Source: a bacterium (GTDB lineage: Bacteria > Patescibacteriota > UBA1384 > CAILIB01). Taken from it: a DNA stretch of 64,000 nucleotides. The stretch spans positions 2,039 through 66,038 of the forward strand of contig JBAXRQ010000001.1 of assembly GCA_037131105.1 (NCBI GenBank). Direction: 5' to 3'. The position numbers and the translations under genes are program-made. Below the pieces are notes generated by a model, which saw nothing but the letters and a program-made list of their open reading frames with translations, searched no databases and had not been told where the DNA came from. Within the stretch, counting starts at the first letter, position 1. Each line of letters opens with the position of its first letter. This document shows positions 8,331-16,963 of the stretch, in pieces.

Positions 8331-9557
8331 TTAGCGTCGCGGTTCAAGCTGCCGACGATTGGGGGCTTTGGGAAGAGACTCTGGAGTGACATCCAGCTCA
8401 ATGGTGGCTCCCCCGCCCAGGTGTCGGCGAATGGTATTGATGATCTCCATCTCCTTCTGGGCAAGCGTTGCTCCCTCCATTTTGAAGGCTGCTGCCTGGG
8501 TGTGTCCTCCACCGCCAAACAGGCGGGCCAGGGCTGAAACGTCGACGCTGGGGGTGGTGGAACGGAATGAGCCGCTCAGGCTGCCGTCCTTCTCCTTTAG
8601 GAGCAGTACGAAGTCCATGCCCTGGGCGGTCTTGATCAGCTCATCGATTACTCCCCCAGCCTCGTCAGGACTAGCCTGGGAAGCAACGAAGTCAGCCTTG
8701 GAAAGTACTGACCAGGCGAAGTGGAGCGGATCCTCCTTGATGTAGGAAAGGGCACGGCCCCAGAGGCGAAGCGTAGAAAGGGTGCGAGTCTTGTAGATCT
8801 GCTTGATGATCTCCTGCTGGCGACCACCTGCGGCTACCAGCTGGGCAGCCACGGTCAGGGACTTGGGAGTAGTGTTGCTGTTCTGGAAGCTGTCGGTGTC
8901 GGTAGTTACACCGGTAAGAAGCGCGGTAGCGATATCGGCGTCTAGGATAGCTGGAACGTCCTTGCCCAGGGTCTCCAATAGTGAGACCAATATCTCGGCG
9001 GTAGAGGAGGCGGTCAGGTCGACTATATTGACCTTGCCGAAGTTGGTGTTGCCCGGGTGGTGGTCGACGTTGATGACCGGTACGTCGTAGAAGAGAGTAG
9101 GATTCTCCTCGTAGAAGCCGCCGATACGGTCCAGATCGGCGCAGTCCAGGGTAATGATCAGGTCAACATTGAAGTTGCCTTCCTCGATGCGTACGCCGGC
9201 CGGAGTCAGGAGGCCCTCCTTGGGGGTGACTACGATCATCAGCTTGGTCTCGGAGATGCGCTTTAGGTTTACATTCCCTACCTTGGCCTGGCTCTCATCG
9301 ACGATGAGCAGCAGGTCCTTCTTGAGGTTCAGCTCGGTATCCACCTTGGAGTACTCGGGGAGGAAGGACAGACTGGAAGGCAGCTCACTGGCTACGGCTG
9401 CAGTTACGTCCTTGCCCAGCTTGGTCAGACCTAACTTCAGGGCAATGAGAGAGCCCAGGGCGTCGCCGTCAGGATTGGCATGGGTAAGAAGAAGGATGCT
9501 CTTGGCAGCCTTCACGTGCTCAACCCACTGCTGTTTGGGAGTCATCTCGGCCGGCAT
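8331..9557 (-). CDS. nrnA: DHH/DHHA1 phosphoesterase, NrnA-like oligoribonuclease/pAp phosphatase
   Basis: DHH motif LLTHANPDGDALGS and DHHA1 motif GGGGH near the C-terminus. Confidence 0.8.
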   Translation of the reverse strand: MPAEMTPKQQWVEHVKAAKSILLLTHANPDGDALGSLIALKLGLTKLGKDVTAAVASELPSSLSFLPEYSKVDTELNLKKDLLLIVDESQAKVGNVNLKRISETKLMIVVTPKEGLLTPAGVRIEEGNFNVDLIITLDCADLDRIGGFYEENPTLFYDVPVINVDHHPGNTNFGKVNIVDLTASSTAEILVSLLETLGKDVPAILDADIATALLTGVTTDTDSFQNSNTTPKSLTVAAQLVAAGGRQQEIIKQIYKTRTLSTLRLWGRALSYIKEDPLHFAWSVLSKADFVASQASPDEAGGVIDELIKTAQGMDFVLLLKEKDGSLSGSFRSTTPSVDVSALARLFGGGGHTQAAAFKMEGATLAQKEMEIINTIRRHLGGGATIELDVTPESLPKAPNRRQLEPRR

Positions 9558-9639
9558 GGCGAAAGGAGAGGGGGATACTGACTTAGTTAGCAGTAACTAT
9601 AGCCAGTTTTCACGCGTCGGTCAAGGAGAAATCCTGCTT

Positions 9640-10332
9640 TTACTTGTTGTAGCAGGTAGTACTGCAGTAGGGGCCGTAGAGAACGTACTGGTAACGGCCG
9701 GTGCTGGTGGGATAGGCTACGGGAGCTGAGGCTGGCAAAGAAAGCGGTCCTACCTGGAATAGTCCGGAGTCCCCTGCCTTGTTCTCCAGGCCGACCTCCA
9801 GGGCGTAAGCTACCTGCTTAATTTCGGCTAGGTTCGAATAGGCGAGCAGGGAGTGGTCGTATTCGGTATGGTAGGTGTAGCCGTTGATCATGCCGCTGAA
9901 GCTGGTGCTAATGGCAGGGGCTCCTGTTGAAGCATCCTGGCCGCACTCAGCCCACGTGGCTCTGCTGCGGACCTTAAGCGGTCGGGGGTCTACAGGCATC
10001 TTGCCGCTACTAAAGCTCGATAAGGCCAGATTCTGGCCCATATTGGTATTGTCAATGGAGCTGTGCAACAGTTCTGACACGCACATCGTGGACTTGTTAG
10101 CGTGAATTGAAGTGTTATCCAGATTTACATTGACGGGGTATACGCCGTTATGGGTGTCAGCGAACTGATCGATCACCTTTCCAATCAGAAGTACGTCGCT
10201 GAGACGGCGACTGTCTCTGGCGCTGCTTTGGGCACCCTTAAGCCCGATAGTAAGGGCGCCAATTAGAACGCCTATTATGAATATCACTATCATCAGCTCG
10301 ATAAGGGTGAAGGCGGTGCGACGCATGGCCAT
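9640..10332 (-). CDS. type IV pilin-like protein (prepilin-type N-terminal cleavage/methylation domain)
   Basis: N-terminus MAMRRTAFTLIELMIVIFIIGVLIGA is a class III signal peptide followed by a hydrophobic helix. Confidence 0.75.
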   Translation of the reverse strand: MAMRRTAFTLIELMIVIFIIGVLIGALTIGLKGAQSSARDSRRLSDVLLIGKVIDQFADTHNGVYPVNVNLDNTSIHANKSTMCVSELLHSSIDNTNMGQNLALSSFSSGKMPVDPRPLKVRSRATWAECGQDASTGAPAISTSFSGMINGYTYHTEYDHSLLAYSNLAEIKQVAYALEVGLENKAGDSGLFQVGPLSLPASAPVAYPTSTGRYQYVLYGPYCSTTCYNK

Positions 10333-10974
10333 TTATTTGCAGATGAGGAAGAGATTGTCTGCAGTCAGGGGAGTGTGGGGATTACCAGGGCACGCCAGTT
10401 GCCCAGCACTGGGGTGGACCAGGTAGTAGTTGTCACCTGACGAGGCGCTCTCCAGGCGGGCTGCCACTATGTAACCTTCGCCCTGGTTTTGATAGAAGTA
10501 GCTCTGAGTGGTGTTGTTAGTAAGTAGATAGCCTGGACCATTGCTGGGGTTCGTATCCGAGTCCACGTAACGCTTCTCAAAAGGGAAAGGATTGATGTAT
10601 GAGGTCAGGTTGGGAATCCAAGACGGACTTGGTTTGTAATCATGGGTAAGGCCGGCGTCAGTACAGGTGGTAGCCGGGTCCTTGGCGACGTTGTAGGCGT
10701 AGTAGTAGGTTGAAGTACTGAAGAGGTACTGACACCCGTCGGTAACACTGGCAAGTACCTTGTCACCAGGAAATGCCTTGTTGCTGGCGTAATAGGTCTC
10801 AATCGCCGCTGAAAGAGCACTGATATCGGTCTTTCGCGTATTGTCGCGGGCCGAAGTCTGGGCACGCAGATAACTAGTGGTCGCCAGGGATGAGAGCAGC
10901 CCGATGATCACGATTACCACCATCAGTTCGATAAGAGTAAAGCCCTTATAACCTCTCCTGATATGCAATGACAT
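10333..10974 (-). CDS. type IV pilin (prepilin-type N-terminal cleavage/methylation domain)
   Basis: N-terminus RRGYKGFTLIELMVVIVIIGLLSSLA. Strong RBS AAAGGAGG. Its stop codon directly abuts the start of the next pilin. Confidence 0.8.
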   Translation of the reverse strand: MSLHIRRGYKGFTLIELMVVIVIIGLLSSLATTSYLRAQTSARDNTRKTDISALSAAIETYYASNKAFPGDKVLASVTDGCQYLFSTSTYYYAYNVAKDPATTCTDAGLTHDYKPSPSWIPNLTSYINPFPFEKRYVDSDTNPSNGPGYLLTNNTTQSYFYQNQGEGYIVAARLESASSGDNYYLVHPSAGQLACPGNPHTPLTADNLFLICK

Positions 10975-10994
10975 AAGCCTCCTTTATGTTTCCC

Positions 10995-13667
10995 TTAGTC
11001 TACCATCTCGGGCGTGATACGCAATGGCACTTCCGGCTGGATCTGTCTCTGTAAGATCATCTCAGCCAACTTGCCCTCTACCTTGTCTTGGATCAGCCTA
11101 CGTAGCGGACGGGCGCCATACAGCGGGTCAAAGCCCGTTTGGGCGATCTTTGTCACAGTCGCCGGGTCGAACTCGATAATATACTTCTGCTCAGCCATCT
11201 TCTCAGTCACTTCCTTGAGCATCAGGGTAACCACCTGCTCTATTTCCGACTGGGTAAGCGGATGGAACGGTACGATAGCGTCAAACCGGTTGAGGAACTC
11301 GGGGCGGAAGTGGCTCTGCAGAAGGGCGCGTACCTGCTTAGGCAGCTCGTCAACTGACAATCCTTTCTGGAGAAGCTGAGCCAGCTCAGTACTTCCGGCG
11401 TTTGAGGTGGCAATGATAATGGTGTTGTTGAAGTGGACGGTCCTACCGGTGTTCTCGGTTAAGCGTCCGTCATCCAGCAGCTGCAGGAAGACGTTGAGGA
11501 CCTCGGGGCTGGCCTTCTCAAGCTCGTCCAGGAGTATCAGCGAGAAGGGGTTCTCTCGCACCGGCTGGGTCAGGCTGCCACCCTCGGTGTGCTCAGATGC
11601 GCTAGCTTGGGGAGCACCAATCAGGCGGTAGATTGAGGAGCTATCCTGGTACTCTGACATATCCAGCCTGATCATCGCCTCTTCCTTGCCATAGTAGATG
11701 GCAGCCAGGGCTTTGGCAGTCTCGGTCTTACCTACACCGGTAGGGCCAACGAACAGGAAGGTGGCAATAGGTCGTTCACCCTGGTGCAGGCCAGCCCTGG
11801 AACGACGGATGGCATTGGCCACAGCATGGATAGCTTCGAGCTGGCCGATTACTCGCATATGCAGGCTGTCCTCGAGATTGAGCAGGCGAGTAGCCTCCTG
11901 ATCATCGGCTTCACGTACTGGTATGTTGGTCTTCTTCTCCACGGTATCTAGGACGTCATCTTTGCTCACCCAGCTACCCTTGGCTAGTCGAACTGCTGAG
12001 GCTGCCTCATCAATCAGTCCTATAGCACTCTCGGGCAGCATCTTCTCAGGGAAGTACTTCTTGGCCATCTCGGCAGCGGTAGCAATGGCCGGATAGGTCA
12101 GGAAGACCTGTTGCTTGGCCTCTATACTAGGCGCCTCCTCTTCCAAGATCGTAATGGCCTGCTCCACGCTTACCTCCTTGATCTCAACAGTCTCCAGGAT
12201 GGCAGCCAATTGGGCATTTGACTCTACATAGCGGTGATAGTCGGCATAGGTCGCGGTAGTGATCACCTGCAGCTTACCCTGGTTAAGGGCGCTTGAGAGC
12301 AGGCTGGCGGCATCCAGGGCATTGTCAGAAGTGCCTACCAGTACCTGGATGTCTGGAATGGCCAATATCACGTTGCCGGCCTGACCTACCTCATCGAGGA
12401 TGGCCTGCATGTTCTGCTCACTGTTGGCTCCCTTATCCAGCAGGGCCGCTGAGTCCATACTGATAAGGCGCTTGTCCTTAAGAATCTCTGGTACATCCTC
12501 CTCGATCATGTGTAGTGCCAAGGCGCCTAGGAGGGTGTTCTTGCCTACGCCTGGCTCACCTAGCATAAGCAGGCTGTTCTTCTGGGTACGTCCCAGTACT
12601 TCTAGCATTTTCTGGATCTCAGCGTCGCGCACACTGACGCTGGCAACGGCACCATGTCCAGCCAAGCGAGTCAGGTCGGTGCTGTACTGGTCGAGAAACG
12701 GCGTAGGCAGAGCGGTCCAGGCCCGGTTCATAAAACCTTTAGGACGGGTACGCCCCTTTTCCAGCCAGAATGCCCACTTACGTGCTCGCTCCTGATCGGC
12801 GGCGAACCAGCGGCTGACAGCGTAAAACTCATCATAGGTTAGCTCGAAGGCTTTAAAGATGTCGGCAAATCCCTCAGGTCGGGCCAGGTAACTTAAGAGT
12901 ACGTCCTCCACCTCAACATAGGGGAACTGATGATCAAGCGCCTGGCCAAGTCCTTCGAACAGCCGCTGGCGCACTTCTGGCGCATAGGTGGCTGAGGAGA
13001 TGAGATTAGTAGTGGCTTCGGGCAAAGTTTTCTTGAGCTCATCTGAAAGCTCGGTGTAGCCCTTCTCCATCCGTGAGAACATACCTCGAATACGCTGCTG
13101 TCTGAGCAGAGTGATCAGGAAGACTGTGTCATTGACGAGGGGGGTATGCAGTTCGGCCGCCACGGCTGCCGCATCTCGAAGAAGAAGCTCTATCCGTTCG
13201 TTCGAGTAGTGATTCAGAGAGACGGTGGAACCGGCCGGTAGCGCCTGCAGGTCCTCTTCTAGCTGCATAAGGGGCAGGCGACTAGTCTGTACTGCCTTGA
13301 TCGAGGTGATGGACCACATACTGGCGAGGCCGGCTATGCCAAATATCGCCTCTGCTATTCCTCGGCTCCAAAAGATCTCGGTAAGTGAGGCGCCGTGTTC
13401 AATGATCAGGAGAATGAACGAAAGAAAGACAAATCCAAAGCTTGCTGCATAAATGCCTAGGCGGATCCAATGCTTGGCAGTCAGTGCTTCAGAGGCGTGA
13501 CTGGTCTCAACTGCTGAAAAATCAAACTGCAGGCGTTTGCCGTCGCCTGTCTGTAGCCAGCTGCCTACACCGGTACAGGTTGGACAAGTGAAAGCTGCAC
13601 CATGGCCAGCTTGAACCCCGGCACCCTGACAGGTCTGACAAATAGTGGTGACCAGGCCGGTGATCAT
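10995..13667 (-). CDS. Hsp100/Clp-family AAA+ ATPase with an N-terminal DnaJ-type zinc-finger pair and a TM helix; NBD1 Walker motifs are non-canonical
   Basis: N-terminus CQTCQGAGVQAGHGAAFTCPTCTGVG has two CxxCxGxG motifs. It is followed by a TM helix (WIRLGIYAASFGFVFLSFILLII), Clp-N-like repeats, NBD1 GEPGVGKNTLL with IPDIQ in place of IDE, and a canonical NBD2 (GPTGVGKTE, ILLDELEKA, sensor-2 GARPLRR). No M-domain and no ClpP-binding IGF/L loop were seen. Confidence 0.8.
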   Translation of the reverse strand: MITGLVTTICQTCQGAGVQAGHGAAFTCPTCTGVGSWLQTGDGKRLQFDFSAVETSHASEALTAKHWIRLGIYAASFGFVFLSFILLIIEHGASLTEIFWSRGIAEAIFGIAGLASMWSITSIKAVQTSRLPLMQLEEDLQALPAGSTVSLNHYSNERIELLLRDAAAVAAELHTPLVNDTVFLITLLRQQRIRGMFSRMEKGYTELSDELKKTLPEATTNLISSATYAPEVRQRLFEGLGQALDHQFPYVEVEDVLLSYLARPEGFADIFKAFELTYDEFYAVSRWFAADQERARKWAFWLEKGRTRPKGFMNRAWTALPTPFLDQYSTDLTRLAGHGAVASVSVRDAEIQKMLEVLGRTQKNSLLMLGEPGVGKNTLLGALALHMIEEDVPEILKDKRLISMDSAALLDKGANSEQNMQAILDEVGQAGNVILAIPDIQVLVGTSDNALDAASLLSSALNQGKLQVITTATYADYHRYVESNAQLAAILETVEIKEVSVEQAITILEEEAPSIEAKQQVFLTYPAIATAAEMAKKYFPEKMLPESAIGLIDEAASAVRLAKGSWVSKDDVLDTVEKKTNIPVREADDQEATRLLNLEDSLHMRVIGQLEAIHAVANAIRRSRAGLHQGERPIATFLFVGPTGVGKTETAKALAAIYYGKEEAMIRLDMSEYQDSSSIYRLIGAPQASASEHTEGGSLTQPVRENPFSLILLDELEKASPEVLNVFLQLLDDGRLTENTGRTVHFNNTIIIATSNAGSTELAQLLQKGLSVDELPKQVRALLQSHFRPEFLNRFDAIVPFHPLTQSEIEQVVTLMLKEVTEKMAEQKYIIEFDPATVTKIAQTGFDPLYGARPLRRLIQDKVEGKLAEMILQRQIQPEVPLRITPEMVD

Positions 13668-14002
13668 AGTCCGTCCCCTGTTACGACTGGCCCGGCTCCG
13701 AAGATTGAGCCGATCAGGCTGACTATGCAGATGATCGGAAAGAACAGCCAGACTACGTAGACTATCCCGTACAGCACGCCGAGGGTAAAGAAGGCTAGTC
13801 CACCTATAAAGATCCTAACCAGTCGTAGGCCAAAGCCTATGGCGCGCCCCTGTAGGGTGTAGTCCTGGAAAAGTGGCTTACGTAGGTTCTTGATGGTGTC
13901 GCGCACAGCAAGTGTAGCCTCTACTGAAGCGACGCTCTCAAGGAATGAGGCGTAGAACCATGACGCGCTGGTTACGTACCAGGTTGTAAGGACGTTGAGC
14001 AT
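13664..14002 (-). CDS. small membrane protein translationally coupled (ATGA overlap) to the Clp-like ATPase
   Basis: 112-aa ORF with 3 TM segments. Its stop overlaps the start codon of the downstream ATPase. Confidence 0.5.
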   Translation of the reverse strand: MLNVLTTWYVTSASWFYASFLESVASVEATLAVRDTIKNLRKPLFQDYTLQGRAIGFGLRLVRIFIGGLAFFTLGVLYGIVYVVWLFFPIICIVSLIGSIFGAGPVVTGDGL

Positions 14003-14117
14003 AAGGAGTTCCCCTCTCTAGATAGAGTCATTGTATGCCCTGGAGGGTAATGGGGCAAGGCGAGGACTGGTTGTGACAGGGAGATAAACCTGGTATGAAA
14101 GAAGGGGAGGTGACAGG

Positions 14118-14240
14118 GTGGGAAAGCCGAAGGACAGAGCTTACAAAGTGAAAGTGATGAAAGGCAAAAAGCAGGACAGAAGGAGAACGCAAAAGGAGGA
14201 GGCGCTAGCCAGGAAGAGAGCAGAAAAGCGGCAGAATTAA
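14118..14240 (+). CDS. possible 40-aa Lys/Arg-rich small protein
   Basis: GTG start preceded by GAAGGGGAGG. Translation is VGKPKDRAYKVKVMKGKKQDRRRTQKEEALARKRAEKRQN. Speculative. Confidence 0.2.
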   Translation: MGKPKDRAYKVKVMKGKKQDRRRTQKEEALARKRAEKRQN

Positions 14241-14320
14241 GCGGTCGATCTAAGCGTGGCATGGTTGTAGAGTGCTTTGTGAAATGGTATCAAAATGAAG
14301 AGGCAAAGGTGGTGAAAGAC

Positions 14321-14488
14321 ATGGCGAATGAAAAGTTAGAAGTAGGACGTGAGAAGCAGCGCAAGGCTAAAGACAAAAAGGACAAGGCAAAAACACGTAA
14401 TGGCCGTAACGTGAAGGATAAGGGGCCGAAAAACGCTCCACATGTAAACAAGCAAAGATTACAGGAGTTGGCCAAGAAGGATAAATAA
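14321..14488 (+). CDS. possible 55-aa Lys-rich small protein
   Basis: ATG preceded by AAAGGTGGTGA. Translation is MANEKLEVGREKQRKAKDKKDKAKTRNGRNVKDKGPKNAPHVNKQRLQELAKKDK. Confidence 0.3.
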   Translation: MANEKLEVGREKQRKAKDKKDKAKTRNGRNVKDKGPKNAPHVNKQRLQELAKKDK

Positions 14489-14624
14489 TGATGGTAATCC
14501 CTGAAGGACCTGGCCAGTAGGCTGGGTCCTTCGCCCTATTGCACCGTTAAAGGATTGACTAAATGCCATTGAGGGAGTATATCTTGGATGCCCAAAAGGC
14601 ATATTCTATAGCCCCAGAAGGGGC

Positions 14625-14840
14625 ATGAGGAGCAATGATATGGTAGACGGAAAAGAGAAGTCCACTGGGGCGGATGAGTCAGGCGACGGTGTTCAGGAAG
14701 TTGATGAAGACGTCCTGGAGCGTGTGCGCCAGCAACTTGCGAGCGATGCTGATGCTAACGTACGGATCATTGTGAAGGGTCAGGAAAGCCTGAAACATTT
14801 TGTCGCTGTTGAATTGGATCAGCAGGCTCAGGAGAGGTAG
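14625..14840 (+). CDS. small acidic hypothetical protein
   Basis: 71-aa ORF followed by hairpin terminator GGCTTCTGC-ttg-CAGAAGTC plus a T-tract at about 14853-14888. Confidence 0.3.
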   Translation: MRSNDMVDGKEKSTGADESGDGVQEVDEDVLERVRQQLASDADANVRIIVKGQESLKHFVAVELDQQAQER

Positions 14841-14976
14841 ACTCCGCGGCCGAACCGGTTTGGAAGTTCAAGGAAGGCTTCTGCTTGCAGAAGTCTTTTC
14901 TTTTTCTAGCAGGCTACTAACCTTTTACTAAAATACTCCAGCCAGCAAACACGAATATTCATTTGTGGGAATGTTC

Positions 14977-14996
14977 TGGGGGCCCTAGAAGGCTCG
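14977..14996 (-). repeat. degenerate copy of tRNA-Val 3' end (18/20 match to 15093-15113)
   Basis: tgggggccctagaaggctcg versus tggtgggccctagaggactcg. It lies about 95 bp beyond the tRNA-Val 3' end. Confidence 0.55.
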
Positions 14997-15060
14997 TTTG
15001 TATCCTGCGGAGCTGCAGGCTTGCACATGGTACTCGAGTCCCCTAACTTAGTCGCCAAAC

Positions 15061-15092
15061 AAAAAAACCGACATCTAGTCGGTTTCTTTGTT
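15061..15092 (-). terminator. hairpin terminator after tRNA-Val (AACCGAC-tagat-GTCGGTT + T-run)
   Basis: The stem is flanked by A/T runs on both strands. Confidence 0.65.
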
Positions 15093-15168
15093 TGGTGGGC
15101 CCTAGAGGACTCGAACCTCTGACATCTTCGGTGTAAACGAAGCGCTCTACCAGCTGAGCTAAGAGCCC
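15093..15168 (-). tRNA. tRNA-Val (anticodon TAC)
   Basis: GGGCTCTTAGCTCAGCTGGTAGAGCGCTTCGTTTACACCGAAGATGTCAGAGGTTCGAGTCCTCTAGGGCCCACCA. Confidence 0.85.
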
Positions 15169-15298
15169 GAGTGAGGGGACGGTTCTGCGAAGCGGAACAG
15201 AGTCCTCACCACCCGGCAATGTGCATTTGACGAGCGAGAGAGGCGGCATTTACGAAGTAAATGCAGAGCCCCTATCTACCTATGGAAGCTAATGTTTA

Positions 15299-15374
15299 TG
15301 GTGCCGAACCTCAGAATCGAACTGAGTACGCCTGCCTCTTCAGGGCAGCGCTCTACCAATGAGCTAGTTCGGCA
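15299..15374 (-). tRNA. tRNA-Phe (anticodon GAA)
   Basis: TGCCGAACTAGCTCATTGGTAGAGCGCTGCCCTGAAGAGGCAGGCGTACTCAGTTCGATTCTGAGGTTCGGCACCA. Confidence 0.85.
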
Positions 15375-15401
15375 GGCCGCCGGCTGTCAAATTGTAAATC
15401 A

Positions 15402-15420
15402 ATGGAAGAGGACTCGACCT
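15402..15420 (-). repeat. degenerate copy of tRNA-Leu(CAG) T-arm/3' region
   Basis: ggaagaggactcgacc versus ggagagaggactcgaacc of the tRNA, about 115 bp beyond the tRNA 3' end. Confidence 0.45.
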
Positions 15421-15489
15421 ATGTCGCTTTGCGACGGTTCCGACCTGCACCAGCAGGTCAGATAGGGACTCTCGTCCTCTCGTAGGCAT

Positions 15490-15535
15490 AATTGTTGCCA
15501 TTTCCATGGATTAATCCATGGAAATGGCAACAATT
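15490..15535. repeat. 46-bp perfect palindrome abutting the 3' end of tRNA-Leu(CAG)
   Basis: AATTGTTGCCATTTCCATGGATTAATCCATGGAAATGGCAACAATT. It probably forms a 21-bp-stem terminator hairpin. Confidence 0.8.
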
Positions 15536-15620
15536 GGTGCCGGAGAGAGGACTCGAACCTCCACGACCTTGCGATCACTGGCTTCTGAAGCCAGCGTGTC
15601 TACCATTCCACCACCCCGGC
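15535..15620 (-). tRNA. tRNA-Leu (anticodon CAG), 86 nt, long variable arm
   Basis: GCCGGGGTGGTGGAATGGTAGACACGCTGGCTTCAGAAGCCAGTGATCGCAAGGTCGTGGAGGTTCGAGTCCTCTCTCCGGCACCA. Confidence 0.85.
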
Positions 15621-15648
15621 AGGGTGCTATGCAACAAAAATTGTGAAG

Positions 15649-15870
15649 TTACACCCGGGTAAGGTAGATCTGCAGTACCGCGAGGGCGGCGAAGCTGACT
15701 CCGAATATAATGGTCAGATAAAACAGGATCTTCTCAGCTCCCCTTCTGCTGGTATATACGGCGCCGGTGTCTCCGAAGGCATCTCCCAAGCCGCTACCGC
15801 GCTGCTGAAGCAGGATGGAGGCTACAAGAAGAAAGGTGACGATGATGCTAGCAATCTGCAGAACAAGCAT
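15649..15870 (-). CDS. secG: preprotein translocase subunit SecG
   Basis: MLVLQIASIIVTFLLVASILLQQRGSGLGDAFG...RRGAEKILFYLTIIFGVSFAALAV shows the two TM helices and the glycine-rich loop typical of SecG. Confidence 0.8.
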   Translation of the reverse strand: MLVLQIASIIVTFLLVASILLQQRGSGLGDAFGDTGAVYTSRRGAEKILFYLTIIFGVSFAALAVLQIYLTRV

Positions 15871-15882
15871 GGAGGTGAGTTA

Positions 15883-15956
<74 letters not shown>

Positions 15957-16000
15957 TGATTCCCATTCCGCGGTTTGTTCTTCCTAGGGCAGTGTCTTGA

Positions 16001-16086
16001 GCTACACACACGATATCTCTCAGTCCGAACAGTAGGCGTCAGCAGCGTGTAGCGACTGTGAGGCTGAGAGATATCGTGTGTGTAGC
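16001..16086. repeat. 23-bp perfect inverted repeat (GCTACACACACGATATCTCTCAG ... CTGAGAGATATCGTGTGTGTAGC) with a 40-nt spacer, just beyond the tRNA-Gly 3' end
   Basis: The arms are at 16001-16023 and 16064-16086. Likely a large stem-loop. Confidence 0.75.
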
Positions 16087-16093
16087 AGTTTTA

Positions 16094-16167
16094 TGGAGCG
16101 GGTAAGGGGAGTCGGACCCCTGTCTCCACCATGGCAAGGTGATGTAATACCGTTATACCATACCCGC
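16094..16167 (-). tRNA. tRNA-Gly (anticodon GCC)
   Basis: GCGGGTATGGTATAACGGTATTACATCACCTTGCCATGGTGGAGACAGGGGTCCGACTCCCCTTACCCGCTCCA. Confidence 0.8.
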
Positions 16168-16267
16168 TCAGGTTCATTACCTCAATACTTTAGCAGAATA
16201 TTACTACCTTGCCTAGCTGTCGACGAGCTGCTTAAATGAGCTTACCGAGCTACTCCTAACTACTCCC

Positions 16268-16594
16268 ATGGGCAAGAAAAGCCGAAACAAGCGCAAAGGA
16301 CAGCCAAAGCCAAATTTGAAGACGGGTACTCCCCTCTACGCACCTCAGGGCACTACTCCCGCCAGTCTTTCTGGGGCCGGGTTTTCTGCCGCAGCTTCTA
16401 CTCCTTCCAAGTCCCCTGCCAAACCCGCTCAGCTCATGGATGTCCAGACTGAGTATATTCGCTCAGACATTGTTCGGATCATCCTTCTTCTGGTTGTCGT
16501 CGCAGTGATTCTGGGCATAATCTCCCTAGTGAATGCCAAGACTTCCTACCTCCGTCAGGGCGGCGAGAAGCTGGGTACGTTCCTCCGTCTTTAG
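16268..16594 (+). CDS. hypothetical protein with basic N-terminus and C-terminal TM helix
   Basis: 108-aa ORF. MGKKSRNKRKGQPKP... followed by IVRIILLLVVVAVILGIISLV. Confidence 0.4.
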   Translation: MGKKSRNKRKGQPKPNLKTGTPLYAPQGTTPASLSGAGFSAAASTPSKSPAKPAQLMDVQTEYIRSDIVRIILLLVVVAVILGIISLVNAKTSYLRQGGEKLGTFLRL

Positions 16595-16604
16595 CTTACA
16601 CGGC

Positions 16605-16634
16605 ATTGACAAAGTGCCCTGAAAGAGCTATACT
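16605..16634 (+). promoter_or_regulatory. sigma70-like promoter (TTGACA-18 nt-TATACT)
   Basis: ttgacaaagtgccctgaaagagctatact lies upstream of the 65-aa ORF at 16706. Confidence 0.45.
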
Positions 16635-16705
16635 AGGGACATCGGAAAAAGAACAAAAACAAAGTTCAAAACAAATATAAATAGTTTTCCGATAGAAAGG
16701 TTTTT

Positions 16706-16903
16706 GTGAAGAATGCTACCCCCCAGGTGCAGTCAAATGAAGCCGCTCAGCAGGTTAAGGACACGTTGCAGAAGTCTTACATGTTTGTAAGCACCAAGCA
16801 CGTTGACTATAACAATCTAAGCGCCTTCGAGTCAGCCAGTATGAGTCTAGTCATGGTACTTGCTGTTCTAATCGGAGTACTCCAGGCAACTTCTATCGCC
16901 TAA
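16706..16903 (+). CDS. small hypothetical protein with C-terminal TM helix
   Basis: 65-aa ORF with a GAAAGG RBS. It is followed by a bidirectional hairpin at about 16920-16960. Confidence 0.4.
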   Translation: MKNATPQVQSNEAAQQVKDTLQKSYMFVSTKHVDYNNLSAFESASMSLVMVLAVLIGVLQATSIA

Positions 16904-16963
16904 GCGACTAGTCAAAACAAAAAGAAAGGCCCTTATCTACGGGGGTCTTTCTTTTTTGGTTTC

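Noticed and set aside
15402-15490. Possible additional tRNA or tRNA pseudogene between tRNA-Leu(CAG) and tRNA-Phe.
   Set aside because: Only a T-arm/acceptor-like fragment (AGGTCGAGTCCTCT) could be folded, and no complete cloverleaf. It is treated as a degenerate 3'-end copy, not a gene.
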